This document shows positions 19,701 through 26,813 of a DNA stretch of 64,000 bases, one piece after another; position 1 is the stretch's first letter; each line of letters begins with the position of its first letter. Source of the DNA: an uncultured Thermoleophilia bacterium (GTDB lineage Bacteria > Actinomycetota > Thermoleophilia > UBA2241); assembly GCA_963775255.1 (NCBI GenBank), contig CAVZIA010000018.1:20607-84606 (forward strand), read 5' to 3'. The position numbers and the translations under genes are program-made. The notes under the pieces were generated by a model. It saw only the letters and a list, made by a program, of their open reading frames with translations, had not been told where the DNA came from and made no database searches.

Positions 19701-20088
19701 CGAGTACGGCGCCCGCGAGGTCTTCGCCAACATGGGCAAGGCCGGGGGCTGCGCCTCGAGCAACACCGAGGCGCTGGGCCGGCTCATCTCCCTGGCGCTC
19801 AAGAAGGGCGCCAGCCCGCAGGAGGTCGTCGAGCAGCTCAAGGGCATCCGCTGTCACGTGCCCTACGGCATGGGCCCCAACGCCACGCTCAGCTGCGCAG
19901 ACGCCATCGGCAAGGCGCTCGAGCGGCGGTACGTGGCCGGCGCCGCCGCGCAGGCCGGCCACGCGCCGGAGCCTCAGCTCTCGCTGGTCGAGGTCGCGCA
20001 GGGCGCTTGCCCGGACTGCGGCGGCGCCATCGAGCACGAGGGCGGGTGCGCGGTCTGCCGGACGTGCGGCTACTCCAAGTGCGGGTAG
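16744..20088 (+). CDS. nrdJ: class II (adenosylcobalamin-dependent) ribonucleotide reductase NrdJ, intein-containing
   Basis: Conserved NrdJ blocks (PNSPTLMNAG, SACFVLPV, KSGGGTGFSFSRVRP, TNPCGEQPL once the insert is removed) and a C-terminal CxxC...CxxC tail. ATG 16729 is an alternative start. The gene overlaps the nrdR stop. Confidence 0.95.
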   Translation: MTDTGKAVIELSANALKVLQRRYLKKGESGEVLETPEEMFRRVAGAIAQAERLYNPAAPVEEWEETFYRLMTSLEFLPNSPTLMNAGRELGQLSACFVLPVGDSMESIFEAIKNTALIHKSGGGTGFSFSRVRPHNDVVNSTRGVSSGPLSFMSVFDAATETIKQGGTRRGANMGIMRVDHPDILDFISAKQDDDRLNNFNISVAVTDAFMRAVEADEDYALVNPRSGETVRTLSARKVFKSMVTLAWKNGDPGIVFIDRINEDNPTPHLGEIESTNPCVTGETLVYTDGGLKRIVDLYEGRRRPGLVLDSRMAGDRTQAKASQVVASGIKPVYRLTTVEGYELRLTADHRVKTTRGWVPAGELAQGDRIHILDRKGGFGSGGSSRLGTLLGWLVGDGTMKATEVVLSFFGDEKQELAPVFAGLMQEEVEGTQILDRAYTTGGYHVGGRDEYRVKSARFWRVAEEQGLRPGGKHKVPESVLAGCEAMQRGFLTALFTADGHVGGTLEKGAGVRLTSISRSLLRDVQRLLLNFGIPSRVYEGRRPQGQRALPDGHGGTAFYDCKAYHDLAVSRGGLRRFADEIGFMSEAKQSKLLALLEGYRRGPYRQPFTARFRALEPDGMEMVYDVTEPLTHSFVANGLVVHNCGEQPLLPYESCNLGSINLSRVVPDGHIDYGALGRIVRTSVRFLDDVIDVNRYPLPEIEQMTKSNRKIGLGVMGFADMLLRLQVPYDSDEACHIAGEVMGFIHDEARAESEDLARERGVFPSFEGSVFDRPEGARVRNATVTTIAPTGTISIIAGCSSGIEPLFALSYVRANVLDDDRMVEGHPYFEQVARDRGFYSDEIMKKIAEVGTARHVDGIPADVQSVFATAHDITPEWHIKLQSAFQKHTDNAVSKTVNFSNEATVDDVENVYRMAFRTGCKGVTIYRDGSRDEQVLNVGQTKKKREPEPGVGIATTRPARPQLLTGETQRVDTGCGKLFVIMNDDEYGAREVFANMGKAGGCASSNTEALGRLISLALKKGASPQEVVEQLKGIRCHVPYGMGPNATLSCADAIGKALERRYVAGAAAQAGHAPEPQLSLVEVAQGACPDCGGAIEHEGGCAVCRTCGYSKCG
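17578..18675 (+). mobile_element. intein with LAGLIDADG homing-endonuclease domain inside nrdJ
   Basis: 366 codons inserted between TNP and CGEQ. Starts with Cys (CVTGETLV), has block B TADHRV and two LAGLIDADG motifs (LLGWLVGDGT, FLTALFTADGHV), and ends VVHN followed by +1 Cys. Confidence 0.9.
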
Positions 20089-20121
20089 TACCGAGCTGAG
20101 CACGTCTTCCGCTCGTCCCGG

Positions 20122-20161
20122 GCGGCCGCGGCGGGTACAGTAGGCATTGAGCCGCGGCCGC
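20122..20161 (+). terminator. hairpin downstream of nrdJ
   Basis: 11-bp perfect stem gcggccgcggc / gccgcggccgc with an 18-nt loop, 34 nt after the nrdJ stop. Confidence 0.45.
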
Positions 20162-20203
20162 GCGCGTCCGACCGCGCGGACGACCGACGACGGGAGGAGT
20201 GCC

Positions 20204-20587
20204 ATGAGCGAAGCTTCCACGCCCGACGCCCCCAGCGGAGGCGGCGGCGTCACCATCTCCGACAGCGTGGTCGCCAAGGTCGCGTTCAAGGCGATCGGCG
20301 GCATCGGCGGCATCCACGCCTTGGGCGGCACCAGCGCCCGCGCGCTCGCTGGGCTGCGCGGCGACAAGGGCACGCCGGGCATCTCCGTGGACCTGCGCGA
20401 CGGCAGCGTCGACATCGACGTCACCATGAGCATCACCTTCGGCTACAGCGTCCCGGTCATCGCCGAGGCCGTGCGCAAGGCGGTCGCCGACCAGGTCACC
20501 GCCACCACCGGCCTCCCCGTGCGCGCCGTCAATGTCATGATCACCGACGTGGTCTTCCCGGAGGAGCAGGCTGGCGGCGCCGTCTAG
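20204..20587 (+). CDS. Asp23/Gls24-family envelope stress protein
   Basis: VTISDSVVAKVAFKAIGGIGGIH ... VDIDVTMSITFGYSVPVIAEAVRKAVADQV is the Asp23 signature layout. ATG follows GGGAGGAG. Confidence 0.9.
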   Translation: MSEASTPDAPSGGGGVTISDSVVAKVAFKAIGGIGGIHALGGTSARALAGLRGDKGTPGISVDLRDGSVDIDVTMSITFGYSVPVIAEAVRKAVADQVTATTGLPVRAVNVMITDVVFPEEQAGGAV

Positions 20588-21158
20588 GAGACGCCGGCCC
20601 GCCGGAGCGGCGGCCGGCGCAATCACCCGCGTCGCGACCTTCCTCCTGCTGCTCGCAGGTGGGGTCATCGCGCTGCTCTTCGCTCTGCGGCTGATCGCCG
20701 TGGCCGCAGGCTGGGACTTCTCGCCGTTCCCGTACATCACGCCTGGGGGCGGCCACGCGCTGCTCGCCTGGCTGCTGCTGCTCGCCATGGTGGTTCTGGG
20801 CGTGCTCATCTGGATGGTGCTCCGGCACGACGCCGACGCCCTGTGGCTGGCATCGCCGGCCGGCGACGGCGGCGTGCTCGTACCCAAGGAGGATCTCGAA
20901 CGGCTCGTCACGGCCGCGGCGGGCCGGTCGCACGGCGACGTCGTACGCGCCGAGACCGAGCTGTGGCAGCGCGGCGCCGAGCTGCGCGCACGGGTGCGCA
21001 TCTGGGCTCGCCCGCTCGCCGACGGCGCCGCCGTAGGCGCGGCCGTCGACGAGGCGGCCCGCCGTCAGGTCGCCCGCCTCACCGGCCTCGACCTGGGCCG
21101 CTGCCACGTGCGCGTCAAGGTGCTCCAGGTGACGCAGCTCGCGAGGTACCTGCCGTGA
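20571..21158 (+). CDS. Asp23-cluster membrane protein (DUF6286-like); start uncertain
   Basis: The ORF-track start (GTG 20700) would remove an in-frame Arg-rich segment plus TM helix (ITRVATFLLLLAGGVIALLFALRLIAV). The only in-frame candidate start upstream is CTG 20571, 4 nt after GGAGGAG. Confidence 0.5.
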   Translation: MAAPSRRRRPAGAAAGAITRVATFLLLLAGGVIALLFALRLIAVAAGWDFSPFPYITPGGGHALLAWLLLLAMVVLGVLIWMVLRHDADALWLASPAGDGGVLVPKEDLERLVTAAAGRSHGDVVRAETELWQRGAELRARVRIWARPLADGAAVGAAVDEAARRQVARLTGLDLGRCHVRVKVLQVTQLARYLP

Positions 21159-21718
21159 CGCCGGCGGGCCGCATCGTGGCCGTCGTGGCCGGCATCGCCT
21201 CCCTGCTCCTTTGCGGCGCTGCGCTCGTGCGCCAGGCGGCGCTCGCCACCGGCACCGCCGTCGACTGGCAAGGCTCCACGTGGTGGGCCGACCTCACCGC
21301 GCGGTCCTCCACCGGCGCCGTCGTTGCGGCCGCCGTGATCAGCGTGGTAGCCGTGCTGCTCATCCTGTTCGCGTATCGCCAGGTCTCGCCTGGCGAGGCG
21401 CCGCAGGTCATTGAGTTCGCCGTCGAGGAGGGCACGGCCAGGCTCTCCGTCCCGGCGCTCCGCAAGGCGCTCCGCCGGCGCTTCGAGACCATGCTGCCGG
21501 GGTCGCAGGTGGGCGAGGTCGGCGTCAGCCAGGACGCGAGCGGCTGGAACGTGCGCGTGGAGGCCGACGTCCCCGTGTGCGACCTCCGCGACGTGCAGGG
21601 CTCTATCCTCCACGCGTTCCGCGACGACATGCGCAAGGTCGCCGGCATCGAGATCGCCCGCCTCGACCTCGTCGTCACGTCCATGCGTTCGGCGCCCAAG
21701 AAGGGTCGATCACAATAA
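21155..21718 (+). CDS. alkaline-shock membrane anchor (AmaP-like) protein
   Basis: Two N-terminal TM helices followed by an Asp23-like soluble part (ARLSVPALRKALRRRFE...). GTG overlaps the upstream stop (GTGA). Confidence 0.6.
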   Translation: MTPAGRIVAVVAGIASLLLCGAALVRQAALATGTAVDWQGSTWWADLTARSSTGAVVAAAVISVVAVLLILFAYRQVSPGEAPQVIEFAVEEGTARLSVPALRKALRRRFETMLPGSQVGEVGVSQDASGWNVRVEADVPVCDLRDVQGSILHAFRDDMRKVAGIEIARLDLVVTSMRSAPKKGRSQ

Positions 21719-21743
21719 GAAGACCTGGGAATACCAGGTCTTC
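21719..21743 (+). terminator. hairpin immediately after the AmaP-like gene
   Basis: gaagacctgg-gaata-ccaggtcttc forms a 10-bp perfect stem starting 1 nt after the TAA stop. No U-tract. Confidence 0.5.
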
Positions 21744-21859
21744 GTGAGAAGGCTCCCCGTGGTGGCTGGGGTGTCACTCTTCTCCGCGTACCGAGCTGTG
21801 CGATACACTGGGACGGTTCCCGGCAACGCACAAGCTGCAATCCCGTTGGACGGCGCGGC

Positions 21860-22714
21860 GTGAACGCCGGGGGCGCGGCGTCGCGGCCGCCGGGCGTCCC
21901 CGGCGGCTTCACCCCGTCTCTGGTGGTCGCCGACCTCGACGGCACCCTGGTCGACCGCGACATCACTTGGGCCCCCGGCCTGCCGGAGGCGCTGGCCGGG
22001 CTGCGCGCGGCTGGTGTGGGCACGGTCATCTGCACGGGCCGCATGTTCCGGAGCGTGCGCAAGGTCGCGGCGCGGCTGGGCATCGTCGAGGGGCCGGTCG
22101 TCTGCTACCAGGGCGCGCTGGTGGCAGATCTCGGCAGCGGCGAGTGGTACCGCCACACCCCCATGGAGGGCGTGGCCGCCGCGGGGGTCGTGCGGCACAT
22201 CCGCGCGATGGGCCGCCAGCTCAACGCCTACATCGACGACCGACTCTACGTTGAGCAGGTCACGCCCTGGGCGCGCCGCTACGCCGAGCACGTCGAGGTC
22301 GGCATCGACAGCGTGCCCGACCTCGAGAACGAGGTGCGTCGCCGGCCGCCGACCAAGCTGGTGCTGGTCACGTCGGCCGACGACGTGGATGCCATCCTGC
22401 CCGGCCTGCAGGAGCGCTGGGCCGGCAAGCTCTACGTGGTCCGGTCGCAGCCCGAGTACATCGAGTTCACCGACGCCTCCGTGAGCAAGAGCGGCGCCCT
22501 CGCCTGGCTGTGCGAGCGGCTCGGCGTGGCGCGCGAGCGGGTGGTCACCCTGGGCGACGGGATGAACGACGTCGACATGCTGGAGTGGGCCGGGTTCGGC
22601 GTGGCGGTGGCCGAAGCGGCGCGCCCTGTCCGGGACGCCGCCGATCTCGTGGTGCCACGCGCGGATGTACCCGCGTTCTTGGGCGCGCTGGTCGCTCGGG
22701 ACGGATCGGCCTGA
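21860..22714 (+). CDS. Cof-type HAD-IIB family hydrolase
   Basis: DLDGTL motif I, TGR motif II and GDGMNDVDML motif IV. GTG start. Confidence 0.85.
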   Translation: MNAGGAASRPPGVPGGFTPSLVVADLDGTLVDRDITWAPGLPEALAGLRAAGVGTVICTGRMFRSVRKVAARLGIVEGPVVCYQGALVADLGSGEWYRHTPMEGVAAAGVVRHIRAMGRQLNAYIDDRLYVEQVTPWARRYAEHVEVGIDSVPDLENEVRRRPPTKLVLVTSADDVDAILPGLQERWAGKLYVVRSQPEYIEFTDASVSKSGALAWLCERLGVARERVVTLGDGMNDVDMLEWAGFGVAVAEAARPVRDAADLVVPRADVPAFLGALVARDGSA

Positions 22715-22721
22715 AGCAAAG

Positions 22722-22756
22722 CGAAGGCGGCGCCTGGAGGGGTGGCGCCGCCTTCG
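22722..22756. terminator. bidirectional hairpin after the HAD gene
   Basis: 13-bp perfect stem cgaaggcggcgcc / ggcgccgccttcg with a 9-nt loop, 8 nt after the stop. Confidence 0.55.
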
Positions 22757-22988
22757 AGGGGCCTCGGTGCTGGTGGGATAGCACCGGACTTGTCCCCCTG
22801 ACGGGACACGCTGTTCGACAGTTTTGACTGTGAAAGCGCACCAAAAGAATACGCTCGGCAGGCACGGCGGTCAAGGCTGGCCGAGCCTGCGTCTATGAAG
22901 AAATGTTGCGCGCCGGTCCGGCGGCGGGCGCGCCGCGTCCGCCGGCCTTCGTGAGCTCCGTCGTACTCCTCGAGGGTATCCTCGGCGA

Positions 22989-23234
22989 TCAGCCGCGTCC
23001 GGCCCCGTGCAGGCCGAGGCGCTTCTTGACCTCCACGTAGCGCGCCTGCAGTACGCGCTCGTGGGCGAGCTCCTCGTGCAGCAGTTGCTCGAACACCTTG
23101 CAGGCCTCGGGGTCCGCGCACCGCGCGAGTCCCTCGCGGTACTTCTCCTGCGCGGCCCGCTCATCGGCGATCGCCTCCTCGAGGATGATCAGGAGGTCCT
23201 CGTCGCCGAGCACGCGCGAGGCGTGGCCGGTCAC
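22989..23234 (-). CDS. small rubrerythrin/ferritin-like (single ExxH) helical protein
   Basis: 81 aa with EEAIADERAAQEKY ... LHEELAHERV (one E...ExxH half-site). GTG overlaps the stop of the upstream methyltransferase (GTGA). Confidence 0.5.
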   Translation of the reverse strand: MTGHASRVLGDEDLLIILEEAIADERAAQEKYREGLARCADPEACKVFEQLLHEELAHERVLQARYVEVKKRLGLHGAGRG

Positions 23235-24064
23235 CGCGCATCCTTCGTCATCCTGAGGGTGAACGTCAGCGGGAAATCCTCGTGGTGCCCCCTGACGCGC
23301 AACATGCCACGCGCATCCTTCTCCAGGAAGGGGAACGGGAGCCCGGGGACCGTGTAGGGCAGCTCGTGGAGGAAGTCCAGGCGCAGGCCCCGGCGCAGCA
23401 GGGGGTCCATAATCTCGGAGAAGCCGTGAAGCCACTCGAACGTCACCGTGTGCTTGTGGGTCGCTTCGGGATCGGCATAGTCGCCGGCTTCGTCCCACTT
23501 CGCCGGCTCGCCGTACATGAAGTACGGGTAGCCGACGCGCAGCGAGTCCGGCGTGGAGTCCTCCGCCAGCAGGAACGCGTAGGGGTGGAACTCCGCCACG
23601 TACAGGGTCCCGCCGGGCTTGAGGAAGTGGTCGACGACGCCCGCCCAGCACTCGAGGTCGGCGAGCCAGATGAGCGCGCCCCAGGACGTGAAGACGACGT
23701 CGAACTGGCCGGACAGCACCTCCGGTAGGTGCTCGACGTCGCTCTCGACGAACGTGGCGCGCGCAGAAAGGCCGACCTCGTCGGCCAGCGCACGCGCCGC
23801 CCTGATGCCCTCACCGGAGAAGTCGGCGCCGGTGACCACCGCGCCGCGGCGCGCCCAGCTGAGCGTGTCGAGGCCGAAGTGGCACTGCAGGTGGAGGAGC
23901 GTCGTGTCCTCGCCGACGAAGGGGCCGAGCTCGCTCAGTTCGATCTCGCTGAGCGAGGTCTTGCCGGCCCTGAAGCCGGCCACATCGTAGAGCTCCGAGT
24001 CGATGTGCAGACCCACGGCCTCGTTCCAGCTGGCGAGGTTCGCCTTGAGGTAGTCGTCGAGCAC
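23231..24064 (-). CDS. class I SAM-dependent methyltransferase (paralog B)
   Basis: LLHLQCHFGLDTLSWARRGAVVTGADFS (motif I region) and FLKPGGTLYV. GTG 24064 follows AGGAGGG. Confidence 0.8.
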   Translation of the reverse strand: MLDDYLKANLASWNEAVGLHIDSELYDVAGFRAGKTSLSEIELSELGPFVGEDTTLLHLQCHFGLDTLSWARRGAVVTGADFSGEGIRAARALADEVGLSARATFVESDVEHLPEVLSGQFDVVFTSWGALIWLADLECWAGVVDHFLKPGGTLYVAEFHPYAFLLAEDSTPDSLRVGYPYFMYGEPAKWDEAGDYADPEATHKHTVTFEWLHGFSEIMDPLLRRGLRLDFLHELPYTVPGLPFPFLEKDARGMLRVRGHHEDFPLTFTLRMTKDAR

Positions 24065-24065
24065 G

Positions 24066-24965
24066 TCAGCCCTCCTGGTGAGCCGGTCCGGTCGCGCGGA
24101 GCGAGTAGCTGAGCGGCAGGTCCTTGCGGCGGCCGCCCTTGCCGTCGGGCAGCCACCACCAGCGGTCCTCGTCCTGCAGCATCCAGTCCCAGGCCGGGGC
24201 GGGCGAGGTGGGGAACTCGTGCAGGTGCTCGACGCGCAGCCCCGCCCCGGTGAGTGCGCCGAGGATCTCGGCGAAGCTGTGTGCCCAGCCATAGGCGGTG
24301 AGGCCCGCGGTCTCCGCGTCGCGGTCGGCGTAGCTGCCCTCGACGGGCTCCACCTCCGGTTCGCCGGGCGCGGGCAGGAGGCGGTAGCGCACGCACACGT
24401 CCTGTTTGCCGGGCACCTCGTCCAGCGCGTAGAAGAACGGGTGGATCTCGGCCATGTAGAAGACGCCGCCCGGCTTCAGGTGCCGGGCGATGATGCCGGC
24501 CCAGCGGTCCAGGTCCGGCAGCCACTCGATGGCGCCCCAGCTGACGAAGACGATGTCGAAACGCCGGCCGCCGAGGTGGGCGCCGGCGTCGTACAGGTCG
24601 GCGCAGACGAACTCGGCGCGGGCGGAGAGGCCGGCTTCTCCGGCCAGGCGCCGCGCCAGGGCTATGGCCTCGTCGCTGAAGTCGAGGCCGACTACCTCGG
24701 CGCCGAGCCGCGCCCAGCTGAGTGTGTCCAGGCCGAAGTGGCACTGCAGGTGCAGCAGCGAGGCGCCCTCGTGGACGTATTGCCCGAGCTCGTCGCGCTC
24801 CAGGGGCCAGAGCGACGAGCCGCCCGCCTTGAACCCCTCGACGTCGTAGAACGCGCTCTTCTCGTGGACCCGCGCCCAACGGTTCCAGAGCGCGAGGTTG
24901 GCGGCTCTCGCCTGCGGCGGGATGGGGCCGGCAGTGCCGCTCGTGCCGGGGTCGTGGCCGTTCAT
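24066..24965 (-). CDS. class I SAM-dependent methyltransferase (paralog A)
   Basis: Same architecture as the neighbour (LLHLQCHFGLDTLSWARLGAEVVGLDFS, HLKPGGVFYM). The two form a tandem paralog pair. Confidence 0.8.
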   Translation of the reverse strand: MNGHDPGTSGTAGPIPPQARAANLALWNRWARVHEKSAFYDVEGFKAGGSSLWPLERDELGQYVHEGASLLHLQCHFGLDTLSWARLGAEVVGLDFSDEAIALARRLAGEAGLSARAEFVCADLYDAGAHLGGRRFDIVFVSWGAIEWLPDLDRWAGIIARHLKPGGVFYMAEIHPFFYALDEVPGKQDVCVRYRLLPAPGEPEVEPVEGSYADRDAETAGLTAYGWAHSFAEILGALTGAGLRVEHLHEFPTSPAPAWDWMLQDEDRWWWLPDGKGGRRKDLPLSYSLRATGPAHQEG

Positions 24966-24966
24966 G

Positions 24967-25569
24967 TCAGGGCTTCACCCGCTCGAGTACCCAGTCGCCG
25001 TTGTCACCCAGCCGCAGCGCGAACCGCCCCGGGCACATGCGGCACTTGCCCTCCGTGCCCTCGGCCGGGTCTGGGCCGAAGTCGATGTCCCACCCGCAAA
25101 GCGGACAGAAGAGAACCACCGGGGCCGCCGGGTCCTGGACCGTGCGGATCACCCGGCGCAGGCCGTTGCGATGCCCGGACTCACTGCGCGCGAGCTCCTT
25201 GAACAACTCCATCAGCTCGCGGTCCTCGGTCTGGTACGCGAAGTGGCCGTAGATGACCACCGCCTCGTCCTCGAGCTCGTAGTCGGCGCGCAGGGCTGCG
25301 AGGGCCCCGGCGCGTCCCGGGGCGTCGTCTGCGAAGGCCTCCGCCAAGGGGTGCCGGCCGGCCGAGTCGGGCTCCAGCGCCGCCGCCGTGAGGTCGGCGC
25401 GCGCGGGCGCGGCCGCGCCGGGGTCTTCACCGTGACGGCGCAGCCAGTCCTCCAGCAGAGTCCGGTGCGCCGCCTCGTTGCGGCGCAGCGACTCCCAGTA
25501 GGTCACGAGGCGCGGGTCGGACGAGGCGGCGGGGTGGTCGGTGTACCTCGTCACCGCTTCGCGCTCCAA
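24967..25569 (-). CDS. ferritin-like di-iron (2x ExxH) protein with C-terminal zinc ribbon
   Basis: RRNEAAHRTL and ARSESGHRNG are ExxH motifs flanked by acidic helices. C-terminal CPLCGW...CRMCPGRF. The start (TTG 25569) is uncertain. Confidence 0.6.
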   Translation of the reverse strand: MEREAVTRYTDHPAASSDPRLVTYWESLRRNEAAHRTLLEDWLRRHGEDPGAAAPARADLTAAALEPDSAGRHPLAEAFADDAPGRAGALAALRADYELEDEAVVIYGHFAYQTEDRELMELFKELARSESGHRNGLRRVIRTVQDPAAPVVLFCPLCGWDIDFGPDPAEGTEGKCRMCPGRFALRLGDNGDWVLERVKP

Positions 25570-25626
25570 CCGGAGCGCCTCGCGGACTATTGCGATGTCG
25601 TGCCCGGCGCTCAGCCTGCGCTCCGT

Positions 25627-25830
25627 TCAGTCGGGCACGCGGTACGCGACGGCGCGCACGAGGCCGATGGTCTCGCCGTTGTCGCCGACCGTGGTGGTGT
25701 CCGTCATGGAGAACACCTTGTCGGCGCCTTCCTCCTGCAGGAACTTCTGGACCTCGGCGTCGAGGTCGTGCAGTTCGCGCATCGTCGCGAAGATCTTGAT
25801 GGGCGTCGCGAACGTCTTCACCTTGATCAT
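25627..25830 (-). CDS. small conserved-looking protein (Cse60-like pattern)
   Basis: 67 aa (MIKVKTFA...LDAEVQKFLQEEG...ETIGLVRAVAYRV). Strong RBS GAGGAGGGG lies 3 nt upstream of the ATG. Confidence 0.55.
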   Translation of the reverse strand: MIKVKTFATPIKIFATMRELHDLDAEVQKFLQEEGADKVFSMTDTTTVGDNGETIGLVRAVAYRVPD

Positions 25831-25988
25831 CGCCCCTCCTCTCGTCTGTGCCCGGGCCGCCGGGCGCGGCCGGTGTGTGCTGCATATCCGCGGGCGGGGC
25901 AAGCATAACGCCCCTGGCTCCGCCCGGGCGCGGGAGCGTCGCTCAAGACAACGATTTGTGTGGACCTGTCGTTCTGTCCAGCGGGACG

Positions 25989-26000
25989 ACACAATTGTGT
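25989..26000. promoter_or_regulatory. perfect 12-bp palindrome ACACAATTGTGT in a divergent promoter region
   Basis: Read directly from the sequence. It sits between the small-protein/methyltransferase operon and the wHTH regulator gene. An extra TTGTGT half-site lies at 25956-25961. Confidence 0.45.
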
Positions 26001-26036
26001 GCCTTCTGATGGTCTGAACCCTTGGCTTGTGCAGAG

Positions 26037-26057
26037 ATGTGCGATATGTTCGCACAT
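26037..26057. promoter_or_regulatory. inverted repeat ATGTGCGA-N5-TCGCACAT over the regulator start codons
   Basis: 8-bp arms with a 5-bp spacer. Covers the candidate ATGs at 26037 and 26046. Confidence 0.35.
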
Positions 26058-26762
26058 GTGGAGACCACGTACGATAAAGAGGGTCAGTATCTCGGTCGTC
26101 TCGCCGACGTGTTCGGCGACCCCACCCGGCGCAACATCTACCGTCACCTGAGGGGCTGCGAGACGCCGCAGTCCGCCAGCGAGGTGGCGGAAGTGTTCGG
26201 TCTGCACCGCACTGTCGCGCGCGCCCATCTGGAGAAGCTCGGCGAGCTCGGCCTCGTAAGTACCGCAACGCGTCGGCGCCCCGGCGGCGGCCGGCCGGCC
26301 AAGATCTATGCCGTCACCGATGCCCGGCTCGAGGTCATGCTGCCGCCGCGCCGGTACGAGAGGCTGGCGCGGCTCCTGCTCCAGCTCGTGCACGACACGC
26401 TCGAGCCCGAGGTGGCCACGGAGACGGCCGGGACGCTCGGCAGGGCCTACGGCGAGCAGGTAGCCGAGGAGTACGCGGGCGACGGCGTGCAGCCGCCGGT
26501 CCGGCTCTCTCCGCGAGCCGTCATGGAGTGGATGGAACTCGCCGGATACGGCGCCACCCTGTCGTCTGGGGGCAACGGCACGACCGTCATCGAGGTGCAC
26601 AACTGCGTGTACAGGGAGCTCTCCCAGGAGTACCCGGACGTGGTGTGCGCGTTCGACCGCTGCATGCTCTGCGGCATGCTCGGCTGCGAGTCGTCGGTGC
26701 ACACCCAGACGCACTCCATGAGCGCCGGCGACGACTTCTGTCGCCACGAGTTCGCGCTCTAA
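26037..26762 (+). CDS. winged-helix (ArsR-like, COG2345-type) transcriptional regulator with Cys-rich C-terminal domain
   Basis: wHTH segment DPTRRNIYRHL...ASEVAEVFGLHRTVARAHLEKL...GRPAKIY and C-terminal NCVYRE...VVCAFDRCMLCGMLG. Start is ambiguous (TTG 26022, ATG 26037 or ATG 26046). Confidence 0.7.
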   Translation: MCDMFAHVETTYDKEGQYLGRLADVFGDPTRRNIYRHLRGCETPQSASEVAEVFGLHRTVARAHLEKLGELGLVSTATRRRPGGGRPAKIYAVTDARLEVMLPPRRYERLARLLLQLVHDTLEPEVATETAGTLGRAYGEQVAEEYAGDGVQPPVRLSPRAVMEWMELAGYGATLSSGGNGTTVIEVHNCVYRELSQEYPDVVCAFDRCMLCGMLGCESSVHTQTHSMSAGDDFCRHEFAL

Positions 26763-26813
26763 GCTCCGCTCGCTTCTCGCTTCCCGGCTCCGCGTCCTCG
26801 TCCGCGCGGGCGC

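Noticed and set aside
22895-22954. 19-codon ORF MKKCCAPVRRRARRVRRPS in the long convergent gap
   Set aside because: No RBS, an Arg-run composition typical of random GC-rich frames, and it coincides with a predicted hairpin. It is more likely part of a non-coding element.
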